Shown here in pieces: positions 8,634 through 19,661 of a DNA stretch of 24,607 nucleotides (position 1 is its first letter; the number at the start of each line of letters is the position of its first letter). The notes beneath the pieces are model-generated. The model did not search any database and was not told the DNA's origin. It saw only the letters and a program-made list of their open reading frames with translations. Source of the stretch: a virus (lineage: Duplodnaviria; Caudoviricetes); the IMG/VR virus record IMGVR_UViG_3300047274_000348, positions 1 to 24,607 of that record; one strand, 5' to 3'. The position numbers and the translations under genes were made by a program.

Positions 8634-11600
8634 TCCAAGAGCTGGGCTGCACCGAACAAGAATATCTGGAGTTCAAGCAACGCATCGACTGGCTCAGCCG
8701 CGAACGTCCGGCGGAGTACGCCCATATTCCAGACATTGAGAACACAGGCGCGGAAATCATTGCCATTATCTCACTGGTTCTCGGCGTCGTTTCCCAAGGC
8801 CTTTCGCTGCTACTGGCGCCCAAGCCGCCATCGGCGCCCAAAGGGATTGAGAACCGGCAGCTCGACAGCATCGTCGGCCGCGATCGCTTCGCCCCAACAT
8901 ACGGCTTTCAGGCCAGCCAAGAACTAAGCCGCTACGGCGAAACGATTCCCATTGTCTTCACCAGGCAAAAATACGTCCAGCTCCCTCCTAGCCGCAGCGA
9001 CTTCTCCTACGTCGGTGGCATCATGGTCGCCCCCAAGCTGGTGTGGAGCCGCATGTACTCCCACGGCAGCTACCAGTCCGTCGACCTGGTCTTTCTGCTG
9101 GGACAGTCTCCTGTATCCAGAGGCCCATACGACACAGAAGCAGCCCGCAACGAAGACCGCGCTGGTATTTACATCGGCCAAGCCCCTCTTGATGCCCTCC
9201 AAGAATCCGACTTCCGGTGGTATTACTATTCCGGCGGTGAGCCAGTACCAAATAGCTCTGACTATCGACCAGCAACATTTGAGGGCAACAAAAATACAAC
9301 CGGGCAAAGCAGGCTTCTGGGACTCCATCGCCGCTATGGAGATTTCTGGATAGGCGAAGGCGAGCGCGAAAACGCATTTAGAAACCACACGTTTAGCGGC
9401 CTGGAAAGCACAGGGTTTAGCCATGCTTATTCCTTGACTAACCGCGCCGTTTTTGGCGTGTACAACGGCTTGCCGAACGGCACCCCTTACCGCCTTAACT
9501 GGGAAATCGTGCCCTATCCCGGCGCCTCCTCAGAACAGGCCGGTCAAACCCCAGTTGCCAAGCGCTTCCAGATCGCCGGCAACCCCAAAATGGCTGGCGT
9601 GGGACGTAACTATGCTCGCCAGTTCGGAATCGTCGAGCACATAAGAAACGGTCAGGTGACAACTGCACCAGGAGATCGAAGCCAAGGCTTAAAAGTAGAC
9701 ACGCAAGTAGGCGATCAAATCACGATCATCTACAACGAGGGGCGCGTCAGGGACGAGCTTTACTACGACAACAACAACCCCAACATTGTTGCAAACAAAA
9801 ACCGCAACACAGGCGATGGTTTTTTGTATGCCAACCCCGACGTTAATGCCGTGGACAACCGGCAGGTGCGCGACGCCATCCAAGCCGAACACGAACAGCA
9901 AGATGACTTACTAAAGATCGGCACCAAATGGATGATCGGTAACTGTATTTTTCAGGTTACCGCCAGAAATCCAGCCAATACAATATACGATCGCAGCGAC
10001 TTACAGCCTCGCACTGTTACTTTGGTGTGCAAAGAAGTCTTCGATGGGACAGTCGGGAAGGTCGGCGTGTGTCACCGTGGCTTCGTCAACACCGAAACCA
10101 ATCTCCCAGAAGGGCCAGACGGGGCAATCTATGACATCGGCCAAGCCTGGTTCCCAATCTGCAAAGCCGACATCGCATCGTTCCAAAATAGCCGTAGCTG
10201 TAACGTCACTGAAATAGGCATCAAAAGCAATGTCTGGAACAAACTAAACGGCATCTGCAATTTCAAATCAGTTCCCAACGTAACAAAACTACGGGATTAC
10301 GACGTTCAGAACATTGCACTAACCGCTGGAACAAACCAGTCATACATCCAGCGAGCCTCGTTCTTTGACGTCTACGTCAGGCCTGCCAACCAGTCATATG
10401 CTTTTAATCAGGGCTGGGAGAAACTAAATGACCATCCCTTTGCGGTGGTTGGATCAGCCCCGCAAGATCAGTTCAACTTTATCCGCATCGCCCACGGATT
10501 CGGGCAGTACGAGTTCAGACTGCGTCCTGTCACTTCAGGTGAAATCAATCAGATACGCAACGCCGACGGTTCCTACACAAAAGCAACCATCAACGGCATA
10601 ACCGTGGAAGGCCCTTGCTACCGACTCTATGTAGAAGGCGCTGTTCCTTATGCTGAAGGTCAGTACATTTCGCAAACAAAAACAACAAACTACGGGCTGT
10701 TTACGCTGTACATGATGGCAAAGCCCGCCAGCGTAAAAGAGCTGGCACTGGCGCCGGAAATGATCAGCAATCCCGTGTATCAAGGAGGGGCCTCAACATA
10801 CACCCCTCCCCCGTCGCGTGTCCGATTCCTCAAGGCAATAGCCTCAGATGCGTTGGACATAAACGCAAACGGATTTCGTATCAGCAACGGTATCGCTAAA
10901 GCCATCGACAAAGATCCCGATCCACGAGGAGCAGAACACAACACTTTCCATGGCACTCCAGTTATCACATACTTCCCCTTCAACGTTGGCGGCATTTACA
11001 CATTTTCCGAATCCGATAGCACCGCATTTCGCTACGACCAGGGTGGTCGTGTTGTGCGACTAAAGATGAAGCTGCGCTTGTACACCACGCCAGAAAACAT
11101 AACAGCTACAAACTTCCTGAGTCACTGGTGGGAAATTGTAGAGCCAGACAACATCGAAATTTTGCAGTTGACCGGCAGTTGGACTGGCAACGAAATCTTT
11201 GTCATTCGCAGCGTTCTGCGAAATCCCGCCATCACCATTGACTACTACTTCCAAATTGTCGCGCCAGTTCCCATCAGTTCTCCGCCCACTCTCGGTGGCG
11301 AAAGAACATTTGAAGGCAATGTAGGCATTGCCGAGGTATCACACTACGCAAATTTGATTTCGCGCAGTTGTGACAATGGTCCAGAGCATGAGATTGTCTA
11401 TATCAACGAAACCATTGCTCCTCGCAGCAACAGCCCAGCCACATACACGGGCTGCGCCATGGCGGGGCTCAAGCTCCGCAGCACAGCAGAACTGAACCAA
11501 CTGGAACAGCTTCACATTTACGCAAAGAACGGCATCAGCGTTACCAATCTGCGCCTGACCAGCAACGGCAACATTGTTGAAACCACTAGCTCTTCCAACA

Positions 11601-12602
11601 TTTTCACTGACCTCGCCTACTACTTACTCACCAACATCCAAACGGGAGCTGGCGAGCTGATCAGCTCCGACCTCATCGACAAGGCTCAGTTTGCCCGCAC
11701 GGCAATGTTCCTGGAGGCCAACTACTTGTATTACGACGACGTGATCGTCGAACCGCAAAACCTGCGCGAATTCCTGGCACGCATCAGCACTTCGCTGCTT
11801 TGCAACCTTGTCATGCGCGGCGGCAAGTTTTCAATCGAACCTGCCCTCCCCATCGACACCACACGCAACTACACGATCGGGCATCTTCACCGAAGGCAAC
11901 ATCATCGAGGACTCCTTCCAACTGGAATACGTCCAAGCTCAAGAGCGCCTGCCCATTCGTGCCATGGTGCGCTACCGCACCGAACTGCCCAACCGCTTCC
12001 CGCAAGAGCAAACAGCAGTCGTGTACTACACAGACCAGCCCAACGGCCCACTGGAGGAGTTCAACTTCACCCACATCACCAGCCGCTACCACGCCGAACT
12101 GTTCGCCAAGTACGCCCTGAGCGCCCGCCGTCACCGAACCCATGTGGTCAGCTTCCAGACGCTGCCCTACGGCCTTGGCCTAGCGCCCGGCGACTTCATC
12201 CGCGTGGTGACGCAAGCCAGCTACGTCCAGCCTGGTGCATCCGGCATCATCAAAGACAACGGCGCCATCATCACGCCAGCTCAGCTCACCAACGGCCAAA
12301 GCGTGCAGGTGTACTACTGGGACCGCAACGACAACGAGGTCAACGAAGACACGCTCGCCATCAGCATCGTTGACGGCCAGCCCAAAGCCAACAAACTGTT
12401 CGGCTCAATCTTTGCCATCAAAGACACAACAACGCGCTCGCTTGTCTACATGGTCGACTCCATCGACCTCGACGAAGAAGGCCTGGCACGCATCAGCGCC
12501 AGCTACTTCCCCATCGACGAAAACGGCTACAGCGTGGTCGCTAATGAACTCAAGCCTTCTTACAATGGATTCACGGTGGTAAGCGACCTGGCACCTGACT
12601 GA
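8513..12602 (+). CDS. Large tail tip / host-specificity protein (gpJ-like), frame broken at about 11880
   Basis: YGETIPIVF, PKLVWSRM, SNIFTDLAYYLLT motifs. Protein-like sequence in the 8513 frame stops at ...NYTI (11878) and resumes in the 11808 frame at GIFTEGNIIEDSF (11880) to 12602. Start (TTG 8513) is uncertain. Confidence 0.8.
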
Positions 12603-12979
12603 TGACCCTGCCAAACCTCCGACCATCGAGCCGCACTTTCAATCCGGGCGACTACCCGGTCAAGTTGTTTCGCACGCAAAGCGGCGCCGAATCCCGCATC
12701 CTCTACGGCAACAAGCGCGTCGGCGGCACGTTGGAACTGACCTACCAGAACATCAGCGACGCAGACGCCGACCTCTTCATCTCTAGCTACGACACCACCA
12801 AAGGCACCTTCTCCGCCTTCGACCTGCCCGACAACGCCAAAGCCGGCTGGACCGGCAACAGCTCTACTTTTGTACCACAATCAGGGCTGCGTTATCGTTA
12901 TGCAGAGCCCCCGGATATTGCCAGCGTCAAGCCCGGTCGTAGCACCGTAACCATCCGCCTGGTCGTGACCACATCATGA
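12602..12979 (+). CDS. Minor tail protein (distal-tail / gpM-like)
   Basis: PSSRTFNPG, LELTYQNI, GTFSAFDLP, YRYAEPP pattern; TGATG coupling. Confidence 0.6.
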   Translation: MTLPNLRPSSRTFNPGDYPVKLFRTQSGAESRILYGNKRVGGTLELTYQNISDADADLFISSYDTTKGTFSAFDLPDNAKAGWTGNSSTFVPQSGLRYRYAEPPDIASVKPGRSTVTIRLVVTTS

Positions 12980-13386
12980 GCAAGTACTACACCGGCAAAG
13001 ACGGCACCCTCAGCATCGCTGGCACCACGCAGGTGAAGGTGACTAACTGGTCCCTGCAGGCCGACCTCGAGATGCTGGAGACCACCACGCTGGGCGACGA
13101 CGACCGCAGCTACACGCCCGGCATCCGCTCATACAGCGGCTCGGCCACGCTTCTGTACTACGAAGACGACACCGCCCGCAACGACGCCGCCACCCAGGTC
13201 AAGCGCGTCATCAGCACTGGCGCCCCCAGCACTTCCCCCATCGCTTTCATCCTGGCGCTCGGCAGCAAGACCGTCACCCTCAACGCCTTCATCACCAGCG
13301 CCTCCTACGGCGCCAGCGTTGGCGAAGTGGTGAGCGCCCAGATCAGCTTCCAGGGTTCTGGTGCTGCAACAGGAGTGGCCATCTGA
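12976..13386 (+). CDS. Tail-tube-like structural protein
   Basis: YTGKDG..KVTNWSL..LETTTLGD..RSYTPG..SGSATL; aligns by eye with 3433..4203. Confidence 0.7.
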   Translation: MSKYYTGKDGTLSIAGTTQVKVTNWSLQADLEMLETTTLGDDDRSYTPGIRSYSGSATLLYYEDDTARNDAATQVKRVISTGAPSTSPIAFILALGSKTVTLNAFITSASYGASVGEVVSAQISFQGSGAATGVAI

Positions 13387-14270
13387 TGTCCACCTACCTT
13401 GGCGCTTACGGTCGCGTCGCCCTCCGCCGCAAAAGCGACGAAGGCGAAAAGACCTCTGTCGTCAACGCCAGCGACATCAACGTCAGCAGCCGCCGGTTCA
13501 GCTTCGACTTCGAGCCCGGCTTCCTGATCAGCGGCGATCAAATCGAAATCACCAGCACCAACGGCGTCGTCCTCGGCTTCGTTGGTACCGACGGCTGGGC
13601 CAACAACACCAAGCAAAGCAGCGGTAAGTGGTACGTCTTCGTTGACGACATGGGCGGCATCCGCCTGTACAACAACTTCGCCGCGTCCCTCGACGGCGAA
13701 CAAGCCTCGGCCATCACACTTGCCTCCATCGCTTCCGACATCCCCATCCGCGTCAAAGTCGAAAACGCCAGCACCCGTTTGCTTGGGGCAGTCACCTCCT
13801 ATGAGATCAACACCAACCGCGAGGCCATCGACGTTACGGCGCTGTCAGAAGAGTTCCGCAGCCAGTACAGCGGCTTAATGTCCGGCTCGGGCACCATCTC
13901 CTGCCACTGGGACTACCTCGACACCGTCGCAGAAAGCGGCAACTACCTGCTGCAGCTAATCCTCCGCACCGAAGTTGGCAGCGAATTTGACGCCGAACTG
14001 TTCGTCAAAACAGAAAACTATTCTCCAACTGGCCAACAAGACGAATTAAACGACAAAATCTATTACAGTATTAGTGCAATCATTACAAACGCAGCCGTTG
14101 CGTTCCAGCCTGGCTCGATTGTTGAAGTGACCGCCGACTTCATCACAACTGGCCCCATCCGTCTCCGCACGGGCGTGGGTCAGCTCGAATACTTGCTGCA
14201 GGAAAACGGCGATAGACTTGAGCTTGAGCAAGACGCCAGCTCGTACTTGGCCTTGGAGCAGGAGGACTAA
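13386..14270 (+). CDS. Tail-tube-like structural protein with an inserted domain
   Basis: LGAVTSYEINTNREAIDVTALSEEFRSQYSGLMSGSGTI; acidic C-terminal LLQENGDRLELE segment. Confidence 0.65.
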   Translation: MSTYLGAYGRVALRRKSDEGEKTSVVNASDINVSSRRFSFDFEPGFLISGDQIEITSTNGVVLGFVGTDGWANNTKQSSGKWYVFVDDMGGIRLYNNFAASLDGEQASAITLASIASDIPIRVKVENASTRLLGAVTSYEINTNREAIDVTALSEEFRSQYSGLMSGSGTISCHWDYLDTVAESGNYLLQLILRTEVGSEFDAELFVKTENYSPTGQQDELNDKIYYSISAIITNAAVAFQPGSIVEVTADFITTGPIRLRTGVGQLEYLLQENGDRLELEQDASSYLALEQED

Positions 14271-14273
14271 CCC

Positions 14274-16715
14274 TTGGCAGACCTCAAAATTACAGAGCTG
14301 CAGGCCCTCGCTGGTGCCAACCTCGCAGCCACGGACGAACTGGCCATCGCGGACATCAGCGCCAGCGAAACCAAGAAAATCACGGTCAGCGACCTCATCG
14401 CATACGGCGCCGACCTCATCTCGAACGCCGAGATCCCTAGCGCCAAGATCAGCTTTGCCGCTGGATCCATTGTCGAGGCATCGCTTGCCACTGGCTCTGT
14501 CACTGCCACCAAGATTGGCGCCGACGCTGTAACGGCCGCCAAACTCGGAGACCAAAGCACCTGCATCGTTGCCGCCAGCAAAGCTGCCCTCGATGCAGTC
14601 ACTGGCGACTTCATCGGTCAACTCGGCTTCACCACCGACACCGTCAAGATCTACCTTTGGCAGAACAGCACTTGGAACTCGGTTAAAGCTGCTGGCTCGA
14701 TCAACACGATCACGGCTGACACCAGCGGCATCGTCAACATCACCGTCAGCACCAGCGGCGACACCGCCACTGTTGGCACCAGCCTCGACAACACAGGCGC
14801 CGCCGGCCAATTCCTCGCAGGCCCGACTGGCTCTGCTGGAGCCGTCAGCTACCGCACCATCGCTGGCGCTGATCTCCCCACGGCCACCACGAGCGCGAAA
14901 GGCGGCGTCATCATCAATGGCGGCGGCCTGACAATGAGTGGCGACACCGCCGTCATCAACAACACCGTCACCCCTGTCACCGACTCCCTCCGCAAACTCA
15001 CCTACAACGCACAAGGCCTGATCACCGCCAGCACTGCTGTTGCTGGCTCCGATTTGCCTGTTGCCACCAGCGCCCTTACCGGCGCCGTTCGCCCCGGCAC
15101 TGGCCTCAGCGTTGACGGCAGCGGCGTCCTCAACCACTCCAACAGCGTTGCAGGCACCACGCAAAACGGCATCACCTTCGACGCCCAAGGCCACATCACC
15201 AATGCCACGGCGCTAGTTGCAGGCGACATTCCAGACCTTCCGGCCACCAAACTGACCAGCGGTTCGCTCGATATTGCCCGCATCACAAACAACACCGTCA
15301 CTGGCGCCAAGCTGGCAAATTACTCCATCACAAAAATCGGGGAAACGCAGCCCACGGCCGACATGATCGGCCAGTTCTTCTTCAATCCCCTCACCCGCGA
15401 CCTTTTCCTCTGGGACGGTAACGTCTTCCAGCCCATCGGCATCTCGGTGGGCGAAATCATCTTCGCTGGCACCTTCGACGCCTCCGCTGGAAGCGGCACT
15501 GGCCTGATCGCTACCGTCACCGCAGAAGGTACTGCCATCGGCCTGGTCGTCGGCCAGCCGCTACCTGCCGCCGCCACAGCCAACAACCGCTACTACTTGG
15601 TTGTTTCCGAGGCTGGCACGATCACCAGCGGCAACGCCCCGAATGTTGCCCTGGCACCGCCTGACATCGTCCTGTCGAACGGCAACGAGTGGACTGAGGT
15701 GGACGTTAGCCAGACGATCACCAGCGTCACCGCCAACCAAGTTAGCTACACGCCCAGCGGCGGCCTTGCTGCTGTCAACGTCCAGGCCGCCCTCGACGAG
15801 CTAGAAACAGAAAAGCTGGCCTTGGCCGGTGGCACGATGACCGGCGAGCTGCTGATCGGCAGCGCCGGCAGCTTTGCGTTTGAGGGCTCCACTGCCAACG
15901 CCTACGAAACCTACCTGACCGCCGCCGACCCGACCGCCGACCGGACTATCACCTTCCCGGACCAAAGCGGCAATGTCATCGTTAGCGGCAACGCCAGCAT
16001 CGTCAACGCGGACATCAACGCCAGCGCCGCCATCGCCTTCAGCAAGCTGGCCGCACTGACCAGCGCCAACATCCTCGTCGGCAACAGCAGCAACGTGGCC
16101 ACTTCCGTCGCCATGAGCGGCGATGTAACGATCAGCAACACTGGGGCAACCACCGTCGTTAGCGGCAGCACCAGCGTCGCCGGCAAGCTGCAACTCACCG
16201 ACAGCACCAGCAGCACCAGCACAACGACAGCCGCCACACCCAACGCGGTCAAGACCGCCTACGACCTGGCCAACGCAGCGCTGCCCAAGAGCGGTGGCAC
16301 GATGACCGGAGCGATCACGTTCGCTGCAGGACAAACGATCAGCGGCTATGCAGCACTGGCCACGGCGCAGTCGTTTACCGCCGCCCAGCGTGGCACCATC
16401 AGCGCCCTTGGCGCAGTCACGGCTGGAACCACCACGTTGGACTTCGCCACTGCCAACAACTTCAGCCTGAGCCTCCCCGCTGGCGGCACTGTGACACTGG
16501 CCACGCCCAGTAATATCACAGCCGGCCAAAGTGGCTGTATCGTCATCACACAGAACAGTGGCACTGCAGCTCTTGTGGCCTACTCCACTGCCTGGAAATG
16601 GAAAGGCGGCGCACCCTCAATGAGCACAACGCTCAGTAGCGTCAACGTCATCGCCTACTTTGTGGAATCCGCTAGCCGGATCACCGCCACCCTCCTCGAC
16701 AACACCGTCAACTAA
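14274..16715 (+). CDS. Tail fibre protein
   Basis: MADLKITEL start; Thr/Ala/Gly-rich; repeated DLPxAT and GGTMTG motifs; phage fibre repeat KLQLTDSTSSTSTTTAATPNAVKTAYDLAN. Confidence 0.85.
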   Translation: MADLKITELQALAGANLAATDELAIADISASETKKITVSDLIAYGADLISNAEIPSAKISFAAGSIVEASLATGSVTATKIGADAVTAAKLGDQSTCIVAASKAALDAVTGDFIGQLGFTTDTVKIYLWQNSTWNSVKAAGSINTITADTSGIVNITVSTSGDTATVGTSLDNTGAAGQFLAGPTGSAGAVSYRTIAGADLPTATTSAKGGVIINGGGLTMSGDTAVINNTVTPVTDSLRKLTYNAQGLITASTAVAGSDLPVATSALTGAVRPGTGLSVDGSGVLNHSNSVAGTTQNGITFDAQGHITNATALVAGDIPDLPATKLTSGSLDIARITNNTVTGAKLANYSITKIGETQPTADMIGQFFFNPLTRDLFLWDGNVFQPIGISVGEIIFAGTFDASAGSGTGLIATVTAEGTAIGLVVGQPLPAAATANNRYYLVVSEAGTITSGNAPNVALAPPDIVLSNGNEWTEVDVSQTITSVTANQVSYTPSGGLAAVNVQAALDELETEKLALAGGTMTGELLIGSAGSFAFEGSTANAYETYLTAADPTADRTITFPDQSGNVIVSGNASIVNADINASAAIAFSKLAALTSANILVGNSSNVATSVAMSGDVTISNTGATTVVSGSTSVAGKLQLTDSTSSTSTTTAATPNAVKTAYDLANAALPKSGGTMTGAITFAAGQTISGYAALATAQSFTAAQRGTISALGAVTAGTTTLDFATANNFSLSLPAGGTVTLATPSNITAGQSGCIVITQNSGTAALVAYSTAWKWKGGAPSMSTTLSSVNVIAYFVESASRITATLLDNTVN

Positions 16716-19189
16716 TGCTGGTACCAGGCTCGTCCACCCCGCTCCTGGCGCACAGCGCCGCTGCCGCTGCAACGGGCATCTCCAGGAGCCTGCGCTTCAA
16801 TAGTAGTGACAGTGCCTACTGTTCCAGAGTTCCCGCCTCTGCTGGCAACCGCAAGACCTGGACCTGGGCGGGGTGGGTGAAGCGGAGTGGGCTGGGTGGC
16901 CTCACCGATACATTGATGGATGCACGCACTGGGTCTAATGAGAGCCCCTTGTGTTTTAACGAGTCAGTAGAAAATACGCTTTCGCTGTACGAATACAACA
17001 GCTCATACATTTGGCAGCTAAGGACAACGCAGGTTTTTCGTGATCCTTCATCTTGGTATCACATCGTTGCGTCGGTTGACACAACGCAAGCCACGGCAGC
17101 CAACAGAGTAAGGTTATACGTAAACGGAACGCAGATCACCGCTTTTGCTGTAGCCAATTACCCAAGTCAAAATCACGATACTTTTTGGAACACAACAAAT
17201 CCACATGTTATTGGTCAAAAAGCTCTCCTTTCTGGGAGTTTTTATGACGGCTACCTCGCCGACATCTACTTCATCGACGGCCAAGCGCTGACCCCCAGCA
17301 GCTTCACCGAAACCGACGCCACCACCGGCCAGCTCATCCCGAAGGCGTATACCGGCAGCTACGGCACCAACGGCTGGCATCTGGAGTTCGCGGACAACAG
17401 CAGCAACACCGCGACCACACTAGGGAAGGACACTAGTGGCAACGGCAATAACTGGACGCCGAACAACCTGTCGGTCACCGCTGGTGCAGGAAACGACTCC
17501 CTCGTAGACGTTCCCACTAATGGGGCCCAGACAGATACGGGCGTTGGGGGTGAGGTGAGGGGCAATTATGCGACGCTGAATCCGCTGGAGAGTGCCAACA
17601 CGCTCTCAAACGGAAACCTTGATGTCACGTCTGGATCTGCAAGCTGGAAGATTTCGGCATCGACTATCTACGCGCAAACCGGGAAATGGTACTGCGAGTT
17701 TACCTTGAACGCCGTGCAGGGTTATCCGCAGATTGGTGTTTACGCTGCAGGATCTACTTTTGCAACGTCAGGTCTGATGGGAACATCATCGACTGGCTAC
17801 GCATATAACTCCTTCAACGGAAACAAAATTAACAACAACTCTAGCTCTGCTTACGGCAACTCTTGGACAACTGGCGACACAATCGGTATTGCATACGACC
17901 TCGACAATGGTGCGCTCTATTTTTCTAAAAACGGCACTTGGCAAAACTCAGGCGTGCCAACCAGCGGCGCATCAAAAACAGGCGCGGCGTTTTCGCTCCC
18001 TGCCGGTATCTTCTACACCGTAGCGATCAGTGCTTATGGGTCTGACGCTGGATCGTTCAACTTCGGCCAACGCCCCTTCGCCTACACGGCCCCCAGCGGC
18101 TTCAAGGCGCTCTGCACGGCAAACCTGCCCGCCCCATTAGTCACGAAGCCTAATACGGTCTTCGATACGGTTCTTTATACAGGCACAGGTAGCACGCAGA
18201 CGATCAGCAGCCTCCAGTTCAACCCAGATTTTCTGTGGATTAAAAACCGCGACACTGCCGGCTACAACCATCATTTAACTGATGTCGTTCGTGGCGTGAC
18301 TCAGCGACTCAGGTCAAACACCACTGGCGCTGAACTAACGACCACAGATCAAGTTACGGGCTACACATCAACAGGTTTCACGCTTGGCGCTGACAGTGCT
18401 GGCCCTGGTGACCTTGAATGTAACCAAAGCTCAAAGACATACGTCGCCTGGGCCTGGGACGCCGGAAGCTCCACCGACACCAACAACACAGCAGGCTCCA
18501 TCACTTCTCAGGTGAGGGCTAATACCAGTGCGGGGTTCTCCGTGCTCACCTATAGCGGTGCCAATGGTGGCACAGTCGGTCATGGTTTAGGAGTTGCACC
18601 GTCACTTGTCATCGTTAAATGCCGAAGCAATGCGGATGGGTGGGTGACGTACCACAAGGATCTTGGTCCTACTAATACTCTGCAGCTTCAATCTACCAAC
18701 GCAGTTCAAACGTCAGACACAACTGCATTCAATTCAACAGCACCATCTTCAACGCTTGTAACGCTCGGAAATAGCGGAAGAACTTGTGAATCTGGCCGCA
18801 CCTACGTCGCCTACTGCTTCGCCCCAGTAGTCGGGTACTCTAGCTTTGGCAGCTACACCGGCAACGGCAGCTCGGATGGCCCCTTTGTGTATACCGGGTT
18901 TAGGCCGAGGTGGGTGATGATCAAACATTACTCTGGAACAATTAGCGACCAAGTTAATGCATTGTGGATGATTGTGGATTCAGCGAGAAATACATACAAC
19001 GTTGTTAATTTAAGACTGCACGCAAATAGTTCGGCACAGGAAACTAATCTTGGAGAAACCATAATGGATTTTACTAGCAACGGATTCAAACTTCGTTGGA
19101 CGCCTTCCGACGTGGCAAATGCAAATGGCGGTAACTACATCTATGCCGCCTTTGCTGAGGCGCCCTTCAACTACGCCCGCGCCCGCTGA
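16715..19189 (+). CDS. Putative receptor-binding protein: LamG/ConA-like domain, SPRY-like domain and three C-terminal repeats
   Basis: SLRFNS..WTWAGWVKRS..WYHIV..RVRLYVNG (LamG-like); GKWYCEF..GDTIGIAYDLDNG.LYFSKNG (SPRY-like); three units beginning YTGTG/YSGAN/YTGNG and ending YVAWAW/YVAYCF/YIYAAF. Confidence 0.8.
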   Translation: MLVPGSSTPLLAHSAAAAATGISRSLRFNSSDSAYCSRVPASAGNRKTWTWAGWVKRSGLGGLTDTLMDARTGSNESPLCFNESVENTLSLYEYNSSYIWQLRTTQVFRDPSSWYHIVASVDTTQATAANRVRLYVNGTQITAFAVANYPSQNHDTFWNTTNPHVIGQKALLSGSFYDGYLADIYFIDGQALTPSSFTETDATTGQLIPKAYTGSYGTNGWHLEFADNSSNTATTLGKDTSGNGNNWTPNNLSVTAGAGNDSLVDVPTNGAQTDTGVGGEVRGNYATLNPLESANTLSNGNLDVTSGSASWKISASTIYAQTGKWYCEFTLNAVQGYPQIGVYAAGSTFATSGLMGTSSTGYAYNSFNGNKINNNSSSAYGNSWTTGDTIGIAYDLDNGALYFSKNGTWQNSGVPTSGASKTGAAFSLPAGIFYTVAISAYGSDAGSFNFGQRPFAYTAPSGFKALCTANLPAPLVTKPNTVFDTVLYTGTGSTQTISSLQFNPDFLWIKNRDTAGYNHHLTDVVRGVTQRLRSNTTGAELTTTDQVTGYTSTGFTLGADSAGPGDLECNQSSKTYVAWAWDAGSSTDTNNTAGSITSQVRANTSAGFSVLTYSGANGGTVGHGLGVAPSLVIVKCRSNADGWVTYHKDLGPTNTLQLQSTNAVQTSDTTAFNSTAPSSTLVTLGNSGRTCESGRTYVAYCFAPVVGYSSFGSYTGNGSSDGPFVYTGFRPRWVMIKHYSGTISDQVNALWMIVDSARNTYNVVNLRLHANSSAQETNLGETIMDFTSNGFKLRWTPSDVANANGGNYIYAAFAEAPFNYARAR

Positions 19190-19212
19190 CCACACTAGAG
19201 AACAAGACTTTT

Positions 19213-19446
19213 GTGGCAGTGAATACGATGCCTGACCTCTCCCCCGCCGCGCAGGCGGTGCTGGATGCTTCTTCAAACGCCCCGGTTGGGGATGGATGGA
19301 ACGCCGACCGACTAGCCATCGCCGCCGCCCTGCGAGCTGCTGCTCAATTCAACCCTGGCCCGTTCGTGCCTGAGTTGTTTGACGAGGGCTGGAAAGCTGC
19401 AATGACTGAACTGGAATATATAGCCGACCAGCTTGAAGCCCAGTAG
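19213..19446 (+). CDS. Hypothetical protein (LSPAAQAVLDA...IAAALRAAA type)
   Basis: Helical 72-77 aa ORF with an alternative ATG at 19228; its TAG stop lies within the 19444 site. Confidence 0.7.
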   Translation: MAVNTMPDLSPAAQAVLDASSNAPVGDGWNADRLAIAAALRAAAQFNPGPFVPELFDEGWKAAMTELEYIADQLEAQ

Positions 19447-19460
19447 TCATTCCAACTTCC

Positions 19461-19652
19461 ATGTCTAACGAAATTACCCTTCTTGATACCATCACCGAAG
19501 TTATCAGTAACGGTGACGACGCCCACCACTTCAGGGAAACTGCTCTAGAAGCTGTTTGCTACGCCGCTTCATGGCTGCGAAAGGAAGGTTTTTGGCAGGC
19601 AGCCGATGTGCTAATCACTGAAATCAACGGCGATTACCGTGATCTTGAGTAG
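19461..19652 (+). CDS. Hypothetical protein (63 aa)
   Basis: ATG 2 nt after the 19444 site; TAG stop within the 19650 site; AASWLRKEG..AADVL helical pattern. Confidence 0.65.
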   Translation: MSNEITLLDTITEVISNGDDAHHFRETALEAVCYAASWLRKEGFWQAADVLITEINGDYRDLE

Positions 19653-19661
19653 TCGCTTCCT

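Noticed and set aside
6567-8887. GCGATCGC (cyanobacterial HIP1) at 6567 and 8880
   Set aside because: Two copies noticed in 24.6 kb of GC-rich DNA is not convincing enrichment.
8989-9003. TAGC-CGCAGCG-ACTT, a one-mismatch copy of the 15-bp site; also TAG-N9-CTG at 7320 and TAGT-N8-TCTA at 23427
   Set aside because: Isolated, mismatched or wrongly spaced; a few such hits are expected by chance.
11880-12373. C-terminal 165 aa of the 1286-aa ORF and the first 24 aa of ORF 11808
   Set aside because: Out-of-frame readings on either side of the frame break.
14046-16529. Long - strand ORFs (14046..15194, 15801..16529; also 3418..4143 and 21709..22620)
   Set aside because: Antisense shadows of strongly codon-biased + strand genes; Gly/Val/Asp-rich text without motifs.
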